Notes under the pieces: model-generated
Seen by the model: the letters and a program-made list of their open reading frames with translations, nothing else
Told to the model about the DNA's origin: nothing
Database searches by the model: none
Assembly: GCA_049724395.1 (NCBI GenBank)
Contig: JAUGWO010000107.1
Coordinates: 1 to 64,000, forward strand
Reading direction: 5' to 3'
Origin: Spongospora subterranea f. sp. subterranea
Lineage: Eukaryota
Length of the DNA stretch: 64,000 bases
Part shown: one piece after another, positions 28,040 to 41,276 of the stretch
Layout of the letters: every line of letters starts with the position of its first letter
Position numbering within the stretch: position 1 is the stretch's first letter
Translations under genes and position numbers: made by a program

Positions 28040-29926
28040 TTTAATGGAAATGTGGCGGGGACTGTTGCACTAAACCACGTGGTTGCGCTGTTCCATTTGA
28101 CTGCAGAGGTGACCAACTACCTGTAAAGAGGATTACAGTACCAGGTACTAGTCCAGGGATGTTCATCAATCTAATAAAAACTAATCGTCCGTTTTGTCAA
28201 AACTGTTTGTTTTCTGCAGACCAATGCTTTCAACGAGTCACTATTTTACCTCGGAACACCCGTTTTAATCGAAGGCCAAAAGAAGCGCACAAAAACAGTC
28301 AATGCAGTGAATGATCATCCACCAATCGAAGACCTCTCGCCAACGAATATTCTGCTTGTATAGCATTCTCGGTGATCGAGGTGACATATAAAACAGGAAT
28401 GGGATGACTTTCATCGTGATTATACAGCGACAAACGGTCAGTGTAATTGTTGTCTGTTATGACGATTTTCGAGCGATCAACACCATTTGATATAGCTCGA
28501 TCTCTTCAATCATTTACGTGTGTTTGTAATCTTATCTCAAAGTATCAAATACCATTTTGCTTCTTTATTGTTTATTGGATTGCGTTCTATTAACGTATGC
28601 CTCCAGCATGGCGCTATTCTGCGGTCTCTCATCAAATCAAAACCATTTTCTTTAACCGTGTTCTTGCAGCATTCAACATGGGAGACAATGCCTTGATTGC
28701 TTATATTAGATGGAGTAATACGCAACCGTTGCCAGAAATGGCTAATACATTTCTGGAAGCATCAATTGGAGAATACAGGCGATTTGCCAGACATACGCAT
28801 GTAGCCAGGTATACTGCTGGCATTACCCTTTATACTCAATGATAGTATTAATAACATTGACTTCATGATCTGTCTCACTGTTTTGTTGTCGGTTTCAGTT
28901 ATGCGCCGTCTCGTGCCTTCGACTCAATTTTTCAACAAATCTATACAGACGACCAAAGCGCAAATGAAGTTTGCTATATAACGCACGCTCAAATGACCAA
29001 TTTTACTCAGTAAAGTTCTATCAACTGCAGTCCTGGGTTTGTTTTTCTCAGTCGATCTGTTTCCTTTTTGCATTTATTGTTGTCTTTTATCAACCCATCG
29101 TTCCCTGTTAACTCACCACCTTCTGCTTCCCATTGCACTAATCTGCCATTCTAGAGTTCATGGTCTGTTCATCATACATGTCATGAAATTGTACTGACCC
29201 ACCTCACGAACCCTTCGAACGGCATTTCCATTCACCGGGATCGACGATTGCTGTTTTAGCGATGTCGCTTCTTCTGGAAACACGAATCAATTTCGGTGTA
29301 AGAACTCCCACAATCGTCCAGATGAACATCTTGCCTGCATGCATTTGCTGCTGCAGAAAACGTGGGATGACATGATTCAAAACCACGCCATTCGACTACC
29401 GGTACAATATTTCAACTCAACCAAACGTGTTATTACGTCAAACAGAAGCCGGACGGTTTATCTTTATTTTTGTTCTTGTCTCAAATGTATTGAGTCCCTT
29501 TACGCTGATCGCAAAGTGGAGAAGGTGGTCTCAGACAACAGTGTTTAAAGACGTCGTATTAGGAATATTATGGAAAGTTTCCAATATAGAAATTTTGTGG
29601 TGGGGAAATTGGTATCAATATAAATAGTTTGATAGCGATGTTGATGTGACAATACCTAACATAATAGGGTTTATATTGTGAACAATACGACCAATTAATG
29701 CCTTTCAAGACAGTATCACTAAACCCATATCACCCATCAACACGACAAAACCTCAACCGATGAACGCTGAGATCATTACCGCCTGTGCAGACGGGAAAGG
29801 TCCGTGACGGAGTCCGTGCGGGCTTTGCCGTCCTCCTCCTAATCCTGGTCGCAACTTCATTGACGTCGTCGCCCTTTGACGACATCGCCCTTGTCTGTTT
29901 ATTGGCCTTATATATATCTGTTAATC

Positions 29927-32900
29927 ATGGTGGTGTATAATTTCCGAACCCTAAAGGTTGTGCCATCAAGTACTGAGCTATTGGATATTGTCCTCAGCCG
30001 GACACAGCGTAAAACCGCAACACAAGTCCATAAGCGATTCAGTATTGCCCGTATTCGCCAATTTTATATGATGAAGGTATTTACACACGATTGGGATCAT
30101 TTTACCGCCTGTGATCAGATCGTGTTCAAATATATTGTTTTGGTCTCTTTTTGTGCCATTCCTCATCTGTTGGTGGTTCATATCCCCATTTCCCAATATA
30201 TATTCCTGTTCACCTTTTGTCGTTTTCTAATTAGTCATTTCACCGGTCATCTTTGTCAACAATATCTATCCAGGATGTTTCCCATCTTATGAGCCCCATA
30301 ACTGATTTGATGTTAATTCGGTATGGATTATTGATGTGATCATCGGGAACTGTATAGGTGAAATACACTCAATCGACCTTCCACGAGCGTATCAGCGCCA
30401 TTGTTGATGAGTTCCCTCGTTTGGAGACTATTCACCCTTTCTATGGAGATCTCATTAACGTTCTTTACGATCGTGATCATTACAAGTTGGCGTTGGGTCA
30501 ATTAAACATGGCCCGAACCCTAATCGATAACGTATCCAAAGATTATGTTCGTTTGTTGAAGTTCGGCGACTCCCTCTATCGTTGTAAATTGTTGAAGCGC
30601 GCAGCGTTAGGTCGAATGGGAACCATCACAAAGAAGCTGAAGTCATCGCTTGGCTATTTGGAGCAGGTAAATATTCAAGCGCAAATCTTTGATTTTATCG
30701 TGATTACCGAGTTAGTCATGGGCAATTCCTTGTGGAATTATGATTCAATTTGAAAATTGGTTCGCTCTATCACTGTCGCCCTTCATTCGTGAAATCCCCA
30801 AAGCCTTTAAACTTTGTTCCTGTTTACTAGGTTCGCCAACATTTAAGCCGTCTACCTAGCATTGACCCAAGTGCTCGTACTCTGTTATTGACGGGATACC
30901 CTAACGTCGGCAAGAGCTCTTTCATTAATCAGGTCACGCGGGCCGATGTTGATGTCCAGCCATATGCCTTCACTACGAAATCCCTGTTCGTCGGCCATAT
31001 GGACTATAAGTATCTGCGATGGCAAGTTATTGATACCCCAGGAATTCTCGGTATGGCAATGTATCATCAATCTCCTCATCGCAATTCATTTTGTTTTCTG
31101 TGATAACGTTTTCCCTCTTTCAATGTTTTTTTTTGTTGGTCAGTAATGACAGTTTCTGGGTTTCCACTCGGTTTTTTAATTTTTTGCTTTTAAGACCAGT
31201 GTATTTCTCGAGACTGATTCGTCCCCTGTTTGTAGACCATCCTTTGGAAGACCGCAATACTATTGAGATGCAATCAATTACCGCTCTGGCCCATCTGAAC
31301 TGTGCCATTCTGTTCATTGTTGATATATCCGGTACTAGTGAATATTCCATCAAACAGCAGGTAATCCATCTGTTATATGCCAGTTTTCCTCATCCCGGTT
31401 CGGTCAATGTGTCCCTCGATCAGATTTGTCTATTTTTGATTCTTTTTGTCACACAAAGTACTTTCAGTGTCACAAACCCACTTTTTTTCGCACGCTAGGA
31501 CTTTCATCTCGTATTTATATATTTTCATCTGTTGCAACAGGTTTCATTATTCCACAATATCAAGCCATTGTTCGTTAACAAGCCGTTACTCTTGGTGGCT
31601 AACAAGACCGATGTTCGGTCTCTGGAGGCGCTGGATGAAGAGGACCGGGCCTTATTGGCTTCCGCCTGTAATGACGGAGCTATTCCAATGATTCCAATGT
31701 CGAACATTGCCGGTGATGGTGTCCAGACCGTTAAGAACTCAGCTTGTAATGCCACTACATCATCTTATCAATAACATTTTATGGTTTCGTAGGAATACTG
31801 AATAGTTCGATGATTTCCCCTTGTGTCTTTTTTTTAAAACCTGTTTTTGGATATTTTCGATGTCCCAGTTTTTTTCAACTTGTTGAACCTGTTCTCCCAG
31901 GTGATTTGCTACTGGAGCATCGTGTTGCGTCTAAACTGCGATCGAGCAAAGTTGACCATGTTCGTCATCGTATCAATATTGCGCGTCCCGTCCCTCGCGA
32001 CCACAAGGTTATTTCTTTATTCACAAATTGTTTCATAACTAGTATCTTATTGGTTTTTATGCCTCATCTTCTCGAACTGAGTTTTCTTTTCGCGTTGTAA
32101 GCAATGTTGCTAGTATCAATGCGTCTGTTCATCCAATAACTGTCACTCGATCGTTAATGTCAGTTTTCAGGTTCGTGAAGTATGTATCCCTGCTTCGGTG
32201 GCAGCGCAACGCCAACGTGCCACATCGGGCATGCTTGTTGATGGAGAAACAGCCGATGAACCGCGTCGAACTCTACGCATGATTGAGGCTGAGAACGGCG
32301 GCGCCGGCGTCTTCAACTTTGATATGCGAATGCATTGGCAGCTTGAAAATGAAGACTGGACTCATGATCAAATTCCAGAGATCTGGAACGGCAAGAATGT
32401 CGCCGACTTCTTCGATGAAGATATTGTGTCTCGGTTAGTTCCTAAGTTGCGCATCAACCGTTTCCGATAATTGAACTGCTGTTTGTTTAGTCTCAATGCT
32501 TTGGAAGTTGAAGAAGAAATGTTGGAATCTCAAATTGTCTCGGACAGTGAATCGGATTGTGATCCTGAACAAACTGCTTTGGCCGACGCCATCGATAAAA
32601 AGAAGCGCATGTTGAAGCTGCAAGCTCGCCAAGTCCGAACCATGAACCAGCCACAATTGCCACGAACCAAACGCCCGGCCAAGACCATTGATGAATTCGA
32701 AGCGCATCTGAGTTCACTAGGCATTACGAACAGCGCTGTACGCGAACGCAGCCGAGGACGTAAACGCGCTCGTGTGAATGTTGATGAAATTGTCGCAATG
32801 AATGATGATGGCGAGGCGCACACTATTCGAAACCCATCGAAAGGACGCCATAACCGCGAGATGACACCGGGCAAAGAAGCGGCCTTCAAAGATGAGAGGT

Positions 32901-33299
32901 ATGTCCCTTTTTCTGTTCTATGTTAAAATTTGTGTAGTTCGTAGTTTTGAGTACGTAACATGCCCGCAACAGTTCACAATCTGCCGATGAAAACTTATTA
33001 CTTCCATTAGCCGTTTTTGCGATATCCGTTTTTGTCTGTTTTTCGTCAGATTCAACGCTCTTGTCAAATTCAGTCAAATTTTTCATTGATCGTTCCTCGG
33101 GGTTGTGCGGTCTGCTAAAAATGCCCTTTTCTCTTTGTGGTTCAGGTCTCGTTCGAAAGCTCGTAAGATCTCCAAGAATGTGCAACGCGAATCAAATCGG
33201 ATGGGCCGAGCAGGCGAAGCTGATCGCGCCATTCGTGACGCCAAACCTAAATGGCTCTTCTCCGGCAAACGCGGTATTGGTAAAACTGATAGACGGTGA
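29927..33299 (+). CDS. NOG1: Nucleolar GTP-binding protein 1 (NOG1/GTPBP4)
   Basis: [52 protein letters not shown]-terminus [18 protein letters not shown]. Confidence 0.97.
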
Positions 33300-34650
33300 G
33301 CATCATCCCAACAAAAACACAAACTTCAAATACTTTTACAACGACCAATCAATAAACCTTTGCTATATTCAAAAGACAAAGATGGTTTTTGTTCAAGATC
33401 GATTCTGAACGGCTTGTCTAGTGGTCCTCACTATGTTATTGACGTCTCTAGAATTAGTGGTCTTTAAACAGCAACGCTTGTCTACATGCACTGATGAAGA
33501 TGTTTCGGACAAAGTCTGAAATTTGCTATTCAAATTTCGTGATTCATGACAGGATCTTTATTTAACTGTGTTTTTATAAAGTCACCGTTTCTGAAGCGCC
33601 GGTAGATTATCTAATGATGATCAAATTTGTTGGTGAACACTTATATTGTCGAATGAGTGGGTGCCAATAATGCCCTTTTCGAGGTCAATTCGCCATTTAC
33701 GCCTTTTGTACCAAAATAGAATGTTGCGGAATCCAACCAATAAATTTAGACATATTGGTCATATTGAATCTGTTTTTTCCTCAACATCAAGATACATTTT
33801 TAGCACAAAATCGTCACCATTAGCCGTCACTCCTAATGACAATCGCTTTCTAACGTCTCCTCCGTATTTAGCTCTCAGTTCCATCATGATAACCACGACC
33901 GAAAAATATTAATTGGTTCATGGAATAACATACAGTTATGGTCGTCAATGGCAGAATTGTAATAGACAGAAAGATTTGGACAGCATTCGATAAAGGCGAT
34001 AGATCCGGACTCGTGTGCCTTTCATACATTTTCAATGCAGATGGACATAATCTTCATCAACTAATGATCTACCTATTCCGCTTATCTGGGCCATCCACCC
34101 ACAGAATGATTTTATTTCGTGTTTCAATTTCTTTCCAGTTTGGAAAAATCAGACGGACTGGTGGACAGCATAAAAACCTGCCCATCTCGGGTCGATTCGT
34201 AAGAAATGTTGATCCTATTGGATCCATCTTTTCCTAATCTGAGATTCTTGGGGCGCTGATGAGTGGCATCTGCACATATTTGGAGACACACGATTGATGA
34301 GTGAGTGCTGCTAAGGATTGCAACATTTTGTTTCCAAAAAAAATGGTCGCCGAAAGAACACACAAATGGGATGCCGTTAGAATAGGCCTTTCTCTCAAGT
34401 CAAAAAACGATCAGGAAGTTTGACTTTTTTAATAAAGAGAGAAACGAATCTGCAGTGGTCAGGAAAGCGACTGAGTTCGTTGGGGTTTTCATTTTCGTCC
34501 AGAGATAATCGAAGATGTATTTGTATCTTAAACTATGGTTTGACAACTTCATGAGATTATGTCTACATACTGAATGAAATTTACAAACATTGGCCCAGTT
34601 GAACTGATTTTGTATTACGAAGATATTGATATCCACAGATAACAAAAAAC

Positions 34651-35658
34651 CTAATCGCGCTTCTTGGAAGTGACAGCAGCGGCGCCCTTGGAACTTGTAA
34701 AAGTGAAGATAACGATCGATACGACCATTCCCGAAAGGAACCTGACAACGTGATAAGAAAATGTTATTAAAGCTGTAAATTAATATTACCCGAGCGAAAA
34801 TATAATTGTCGAGGCTTGAGGGCGTTGGGTGACGACCAACTTGATATCCTTCCATGCGGCTTCCAGCTCTAGAAACAAAAACCTTAATTCTCCATATGTT
34901 AAAAATATACTCAGAGTCAACAAACCGTTCTTGACGACATCCTTGGCACCTGAAGGTTTAGGAATAGCAACGGATTCTTCATTGAGATAGCCATCAAGTG
35001 CAAAATTTTTGAATTCTTCTTCAGTTCGAGGCTTATTTACGTATCGGTACATACGCCCATTAGCTAGAAGATTCAGCGTTGGGTATCCTTGAACACTGAA
35101 TCGACTACACACATCTAAAACAATCTGATGATGAATGTGCCATAGTCAAGTTACTGATATTGAAACCTTTGTGTTTATCGCAGTCAATTTTTCCAACATT
35201 AAGAACACCTTTTATGTCTTCACGATTAGCGAAGCTCTCCCATATCTGTTCATTGTCATAAGAAACCGAACCGCGGTGGATATCGAACAAGAAGATCTAT
35301 ACTGGATGAAGATGCTTGCAGTGACCACACCATGATGCATAGAAACTATATTGGAGCCGATATTCACGAACATGAATATATCGAAGAGGCGATCATTACT
35401 TACTCAATGAACCATATACCTGTCGTGGACCCTGAACAGTACCATAAATTGAAAAACCTGTTATTACTAGAAAGTACTTGAGTTACCTCCATCTGATTGG
35501 GTTTCGGCGTCGAAATTTGCGGAAGTAAGAACGACTACTCCAGATTTATCGGCTCCAGAATCAGCGGCCTGAGGATTATCATTTCCAGACACCAGGAATG
35601 ACGTAACAACAACGGCGATAGCGCCGGCTGAAATAAGAGTATAAAGGGTTGTCGACAT
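34651..35658 (-). CDS. Membrane-anchored ER thioredoxin/PDI-family protein (TMX-like)
   Basis: Signal peptide, VVVLTSANFD, FYASWCGHCK, KIDCD, VQGYPTL, C-terminal TM and KKRD* di-lysine motif. Confidence 0.88.
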
Positions 35659-36588
35659 GATTAACACCTTCACGAAAGAGTAATAATGTTTAATGTCCTT
35701 TCCCTTTGAGAAAGTTTATGTGGGAGAGGCTGCGCACACCTTCCGTTCCTCACTGTAATGTTATATGTACTGTACTCCTATGTGCCACTCCGCCACCCGT
35801 CGTTACAAACACCTGTTATGTGGGATTGCGCCACCCGGCCACCCCAGACCTAATCCAGACGCAACTCCAGACGCATTGTTTCGAAAAAATAACACTAAAA
35901 TTCCATAATCTCGTTGTTCCATGACTCTATTGTATGATGTGTGTCCAACACCTTAGTCCAAGATGATTGCCAAAACTGGCAGGGGAAGGCATGGAAACTT
36001 GGCCCGTGCAGTTGACGTCGTTGGGTTTAATGCGATCATGGAGCAGATCAGGCTTCTGAGAAGTATTGGTTCAAGACTCACCAGACCTCTTCTCGCTACA
36101 GCTAGCAACCTCCGACAGAAGTGGGGTGGTCTCAACCGATGATAATGTCTCGGTCTTCAAGACATTAATCAACAATGGACATAAAACCGCCTTAATCTCT
36201 CGAGTTTTGCCGTCGCCTTAATGTCCTTATTCAGCAACATGGTTCAGTGGAGAGAGATGCCCATTCTCATTCCTCCTTTAAATTATTTCGAAATTGTAAA
36301 ACGTTTTCCTGAGCGCTGTCCCCTGTTCAGATAGCGCTGTCTTGCTGTAAAAACTATTCTCAGCCCTTCAACTGATGTCCATCACAAGTAATAAAGCACA
36401 TCGGAATGAATCATCTATCAATACCAACTCAAAAGTCACAAATCCCGTGGTCTAAAATAATCCTCATTAGTGTCGCCATTTGAGCCAATGTAAAATAGGT
36501 ATTAGTACGTCAGTTTATGTTGAATATATATTGATTGAGCCCTGTCAACACAATCAGGGGCAGGCCTGTTGGCAATAAGAAGATATGA

Positions 36589-38971
36589 TCATAATGAGCC
36601 AGAGAAGTGATCAGGATTCCATGGTGGGAACTGGCGCTTATACAGATACATGCAGACCGTGTCGTTATATTTAAGGAATCCATTGAATGAGCATTTGAAA
36701 TACCCATGAGTACCGAGAGGTTCATCAATCTGTCCAATTAAACCACCTTTTGTGCATAATGAAACTGGCTTGAACCATCGAATATCGGATGGGCGAAAGA
36801 ACATGTACCTAAACGGGTCAATAATTAACATTGATGGCGAACGATGGGACGATATCGGTATATACCTGACGACAGCACGCCTTTTATGAACACGAATAGG
36901 ATATCCGGTTAAAACAATACGCTTGATCAGTAATCGGCTAGGATCAACATTGATCTGCGATCCACTAGCGATCATCTTATCATTATCGAACATTAGTGTT
37001 GTGGCATGGACCAAATTGATACGGCTATAACAAGAGGCAATCATATAGCGATTGGCGTGTAAGAACCGCTCAACCCTGTGCTTATCGCAATTACTGGTAT
37101 CCTGAGAAAAGATGGGGCTAGCAGGGAATCGGCGAAATCCACATGCAATCGTTAACGGCGTCTTGGATTTGATGGGATAGTTGGCAGACGATGAACGGCG
37201 AATCTTATAGTGGGACACCGATACCTGTAAAGATGGGTAGGATTGATAAGAATGGGCAATAACCGATAATGGTGGAGTTACTGACTTGGCGCTCGTATTG
37301 AAATAGCTGGGAGATGACAATAATCGGATTAGACAGTATGTGTTGCGCCATTGAAGATGGAACACCTGATATGTATACTGTGGCGTATCCACAAGCACCA
37401 ACACCTTCCAGACATTCCGATAGCACACGCTTTCGTGCAGCGTTATAGTTTTGGAACTTGAAGATATGACCATATTCTACTGGGAGATCCTCTAATGGAT
37501 CCCAAGCTGATGATGTAAACTGTTTAAGGCCTCGATACTTTTGAAAGCGTTCACGCGCTTCTCGATCAACCGGGCAGTCAACTTCATCAGGGAACTCTAG
37601 CTCGTCACGCTCCATACGAAATTTCATCGCTAATGCGGCATGGTCTGCACCTTCATCCATTGCTACGCTTGGCTTATCATTCCTATCTAATTCCATGCGG
37701 CAATCGCCATTGCTATCATCGTGATCATCATCAGAGGACATGGCCATCTCCCATGTCGCCTGATACTCGCTCAACCCATCATTCGATATCAAACGGTCTT
37801 TACGCTCTTGCAGTAATCGTTGCCGGGTCTCCTCCTCGCATTCCGCTATCTCCTGTTCGGTAATCAGCGATTGTTCATTAGCCAACGGATCTGATATCAT
37901 GTCAATGACCGGGTTCAACAATAAACGAATAATAATGTACCCTAATGGGCAAACACCATCAAGGGATTGACGATTATCTGGATTTGACCGATGTGTATTC
38001 GATCCAGATTCAATATACTCCACCTGGAAATCTCCATATCCTGTAATATGAACTAAACAATCGGGGTTCATCGCTTGTCCATCTCCTCGAACATATCCTT
38101 TAACCGCAATAGTGGATAGCGAACCGTCATCAGATATGATGGCCGATTGATCGGCGAGCATATGAGGGCGAGCTGACCTCCAGGTGATGGGCTTTAGCGA
38201 TGCCGATTGGATGGAGCGGATGGCAGCGGCAGACTATTGTGGACATGATGAGATATGTGTAAGGACTGTAGCGATCATCATGACGATATTACCTGCTCTA
38301 TCGCCATCACCTTGGGCTTATCAGGTAATATGGTGTGGATATATCGGGTACAGGTTTTTTTGATAAAGGAGGCGGTCTTCCCTTGCGTCCCTTGCATCAT
38401 AACAATACAAGCAGGCAGGCCTTGCGCCTTCACCATCGTCATGAATTCCTCGCCTTTATCGTCCATACCCAGGGCGTCATTCGCCTGAGATGTCGAGCGT
38501 GGACATACGATGGGGATAATGATATCGGCAACCTTGGCAGCATCCAATACAGAGAACGCATCTCGTTGAACTATAATATATATGTGTAAGTGATAGATCC
38601 ATGAGGATATGATGAATATCAGTGTGATCACCCTCTATGAATGTGATATTGGATAATGTAATTGGCCCAATGGCCGTTAAATGATCGGGTAATCCACCAG
38701 CAGCTGATATTAACAGGTTACGAGCTGAATGAACATCAGCTAATTCATGACATGGTAATAATGCCACTAATCTAGGACATGAACCATGCAGATTAGCTGA
38801 TCGCTTCAAAGGTCGCTTCACTTTGCTGTTCGATAGATTTACAGCTGATCCCTTAAAGGGATTATCAACACGTCCTTTGTGTAAACGGCGGACCCGCCCT
38901 TTAGATTTACCCTTAAACTGTTTCGGGGCAGGGTTATTGGATCTGTGATGATGAGAACCTGAGATGGCCAT
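36589..38971 (-). CDS. TSR1: Pre-rRNA-processing protein TSR1
   Basis: LDAAKVAD, WRSARPHML, VHITGYGDFQ, FPDEVD..ARERFQKYRGLK, KRIVLTGYP, RYMFF, EPLGTHGYFKCSF. Confidence 0.96.
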
Positions 38972-39642
38972 GATTGCCCGTAAATCCTCAATCTCTGACG
39001 CCAGTGCATGTACCGCCATCTACCAGGTGATTTACCTACCCGTCACGGACACCGCCACGGACTTCACCTCAATAACATCACCCACTTGACCTTTTTGTGT
39101 TGTCTGAAATTTACACAGTTTATCTTGTTGTGGACAGTTATTTACTCCGTTTGGACCTGAGATGCGGTTCGACAATTGTCCTATTAGAACTGCGATAATT
39201 TGATACTGTTAATGCTAAATTGAGTATTAATACATATGAGACACACATATAGCAGGAAGATGTTCTGTCCCATCAATCCAAGTTAAAACTTGGTCTGAGC
39301 TAACTTAAATTTGTTGATCATTTATTCGTGTGACATTATTGGGATGTTATTGCCATTATCATCTCTTCATGATATTTTCCATGTATAATGTCAATACTGG
39401 TCGACATTGTCCGATCACCTGGAGCTCATTGTTCAATGCAGTCCACTCAATAGAGTCTTGCTAGAGTTCCTAGAAGTTCAACCCATTTCTGTGTTCTGCC
39501 CATTGACTTCGGTTTATCGTTGAAAATTCAACTCTCTCAAGTTGTTTATCAACTTCAAACCTATCTGCACAGATCGGGGAAGCAGTAGATCGAATCTGCA
39601 GAACCGTGGGTTGACACAGAAGGCTTTAGAACGACCTCATTT

Positions 39643-40498
39643 ATGGCAACGTCGAGTGCCTGGGGTCCATGTGATAATGGAGTAATATATACTATATCAA
39701 ACGCTGTCTGCTATTTCGTTTACAATAAAACCGACGCATTGCCACAATTTCCTCAGGGCTCCGAAGACAATGTGCAGCGCCACCACTTTCTGGTGGCTAC
39801 TAGCAACGCTAGCAACGTCCGACAATACTCAATATCGGCCAATCGTCCTATTAATATCATGGTGATTAGGGGTGCCTGATCCCTCAACTATCGGACGTGT
39901 TCTACGGTTTGCCATTTGCCTAAAAAAGTTCAAATGGGTGCAACAATCGTTGGAATATGCATATGGGCAGTTGTTGTGAGCGTCCTAGAAGGGATCCCTT
40001 TGGGTGCGTTGCGTTCAGGTGTGCTGGGGGGTCCAGCGATAGGCCAGTTCGGTTTAGGACCACCGCCTTCATACTCTTCAGAGGTCACGACCATCAATGG
40101 CCCAGGACGAAGCCATAGGTCGATCAAGCATGGAGCATCATTCTCATGAGGAGATAACGGTTGATGACAGATTCCCTGTCGAATCAACCACGATAGTAAA
40201 CGATGTCCATAATCCATTATTACGAGGCAGACCGTATATCGGTCCAGGGGTTATGGGTCTGCCGCCGCCAACAGTCGTCATGCACGGGCCAGGGCCAGGG
40301 CCAGTACGTCCCCGTCGTCCATCTGTCGCCTTCGACGGGCCGCTTATCAAACCAGGACTCCTTCTCTAGCCTCTAACACTGTCAGCTCACCACGATTCCA
40401 ACATGTTCTTTCAATACAATCTCTGGCAGCTTCGCTAAATCCCGCAAAATACAGCCTCAGTACAGAGCAATCGCGACAGAGCATTATCGTATGAGAAT
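39643..40498 (+). CDS. Hypothetical Pro/Gly-rich protein
   Basis: Short ORFs 39643-39879, 39916-40149 and 40097-40369 with a hydrophobic segment. No family recognised. Confidence 0.3.
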
Positions 40499-41276
40499 AA
40501 TCGCGAGCAGATTTGCAGCCTGTTTGCGTCAAGGTTATAGATCGATGCGACACTGTAGAATTGATGCCATAGTTCACTATTTAGGGGTCGTTTTGGATAG
40601 CTGAGTCTCTCCCTAATTCTCTAACATGGCGTAAACCTGTTGGAAGATGTTTGCAGATATGTAGTTGACAGGTCGCAGCATTTTGAAAGCCACGAATCAA
40701 ACTGAGCATAGCAGTTTCATGTGGAAGTTAACTGCCAATACGTTCATTGTTTGATAGTTACTACTTGGCCAAGCCTAATAGTTCTTCAGCGAATTTTCGA
40801 CCCAAAGAAAATTGCGTCAACAAACAGCAGCGATTGTATCAAAACAGCGCTCAACGATCTGAATTGAAGCAAAGAAATTTATCTTATGGCACTCTTGTTG
40901 CAGATGTAAACTGCCAAAAGGAAATGATGATACAAACCGACATTGGATCTTTACCCAAAAGAAGTATTCGTCAAGAACAGGAAAGTATTGTTTTCTATCG
41001 TGAATGTATATCATGTGAGAGAAATGAGTCCAAGTCCGACCATCTATGATTATTGCCAGAGGGCGTACAGGACACCACCTGTTGATAAACCCTCTTCAGA
41101 AAACGAATCGGTTTGCAAAGGCATCCCCATGCCTCCATGCCTCGTTGTGTCAGTCGATATTCAGCATGTTGAGGAAGGGGATTGCCCCCCTTAACCCGCT
41201 CTAAAAACTGAATCGCAAACCGACACATCATTGTCGTGGGGCTTAAACGTTTTACTGTTATAGGAATATTTGGGGT

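Noticed and set aside
28150..29700. Gene or transposon relic between NFX1 and NOG1
   Set aside because: Only short ORFs without recognisable motifs.
30077..33145. snoRNAs in the longer NOG1 introns
   Set aside because: No convincing C/D or H/ACA box pairs by eye; other genes also have 150-280-nt introns.
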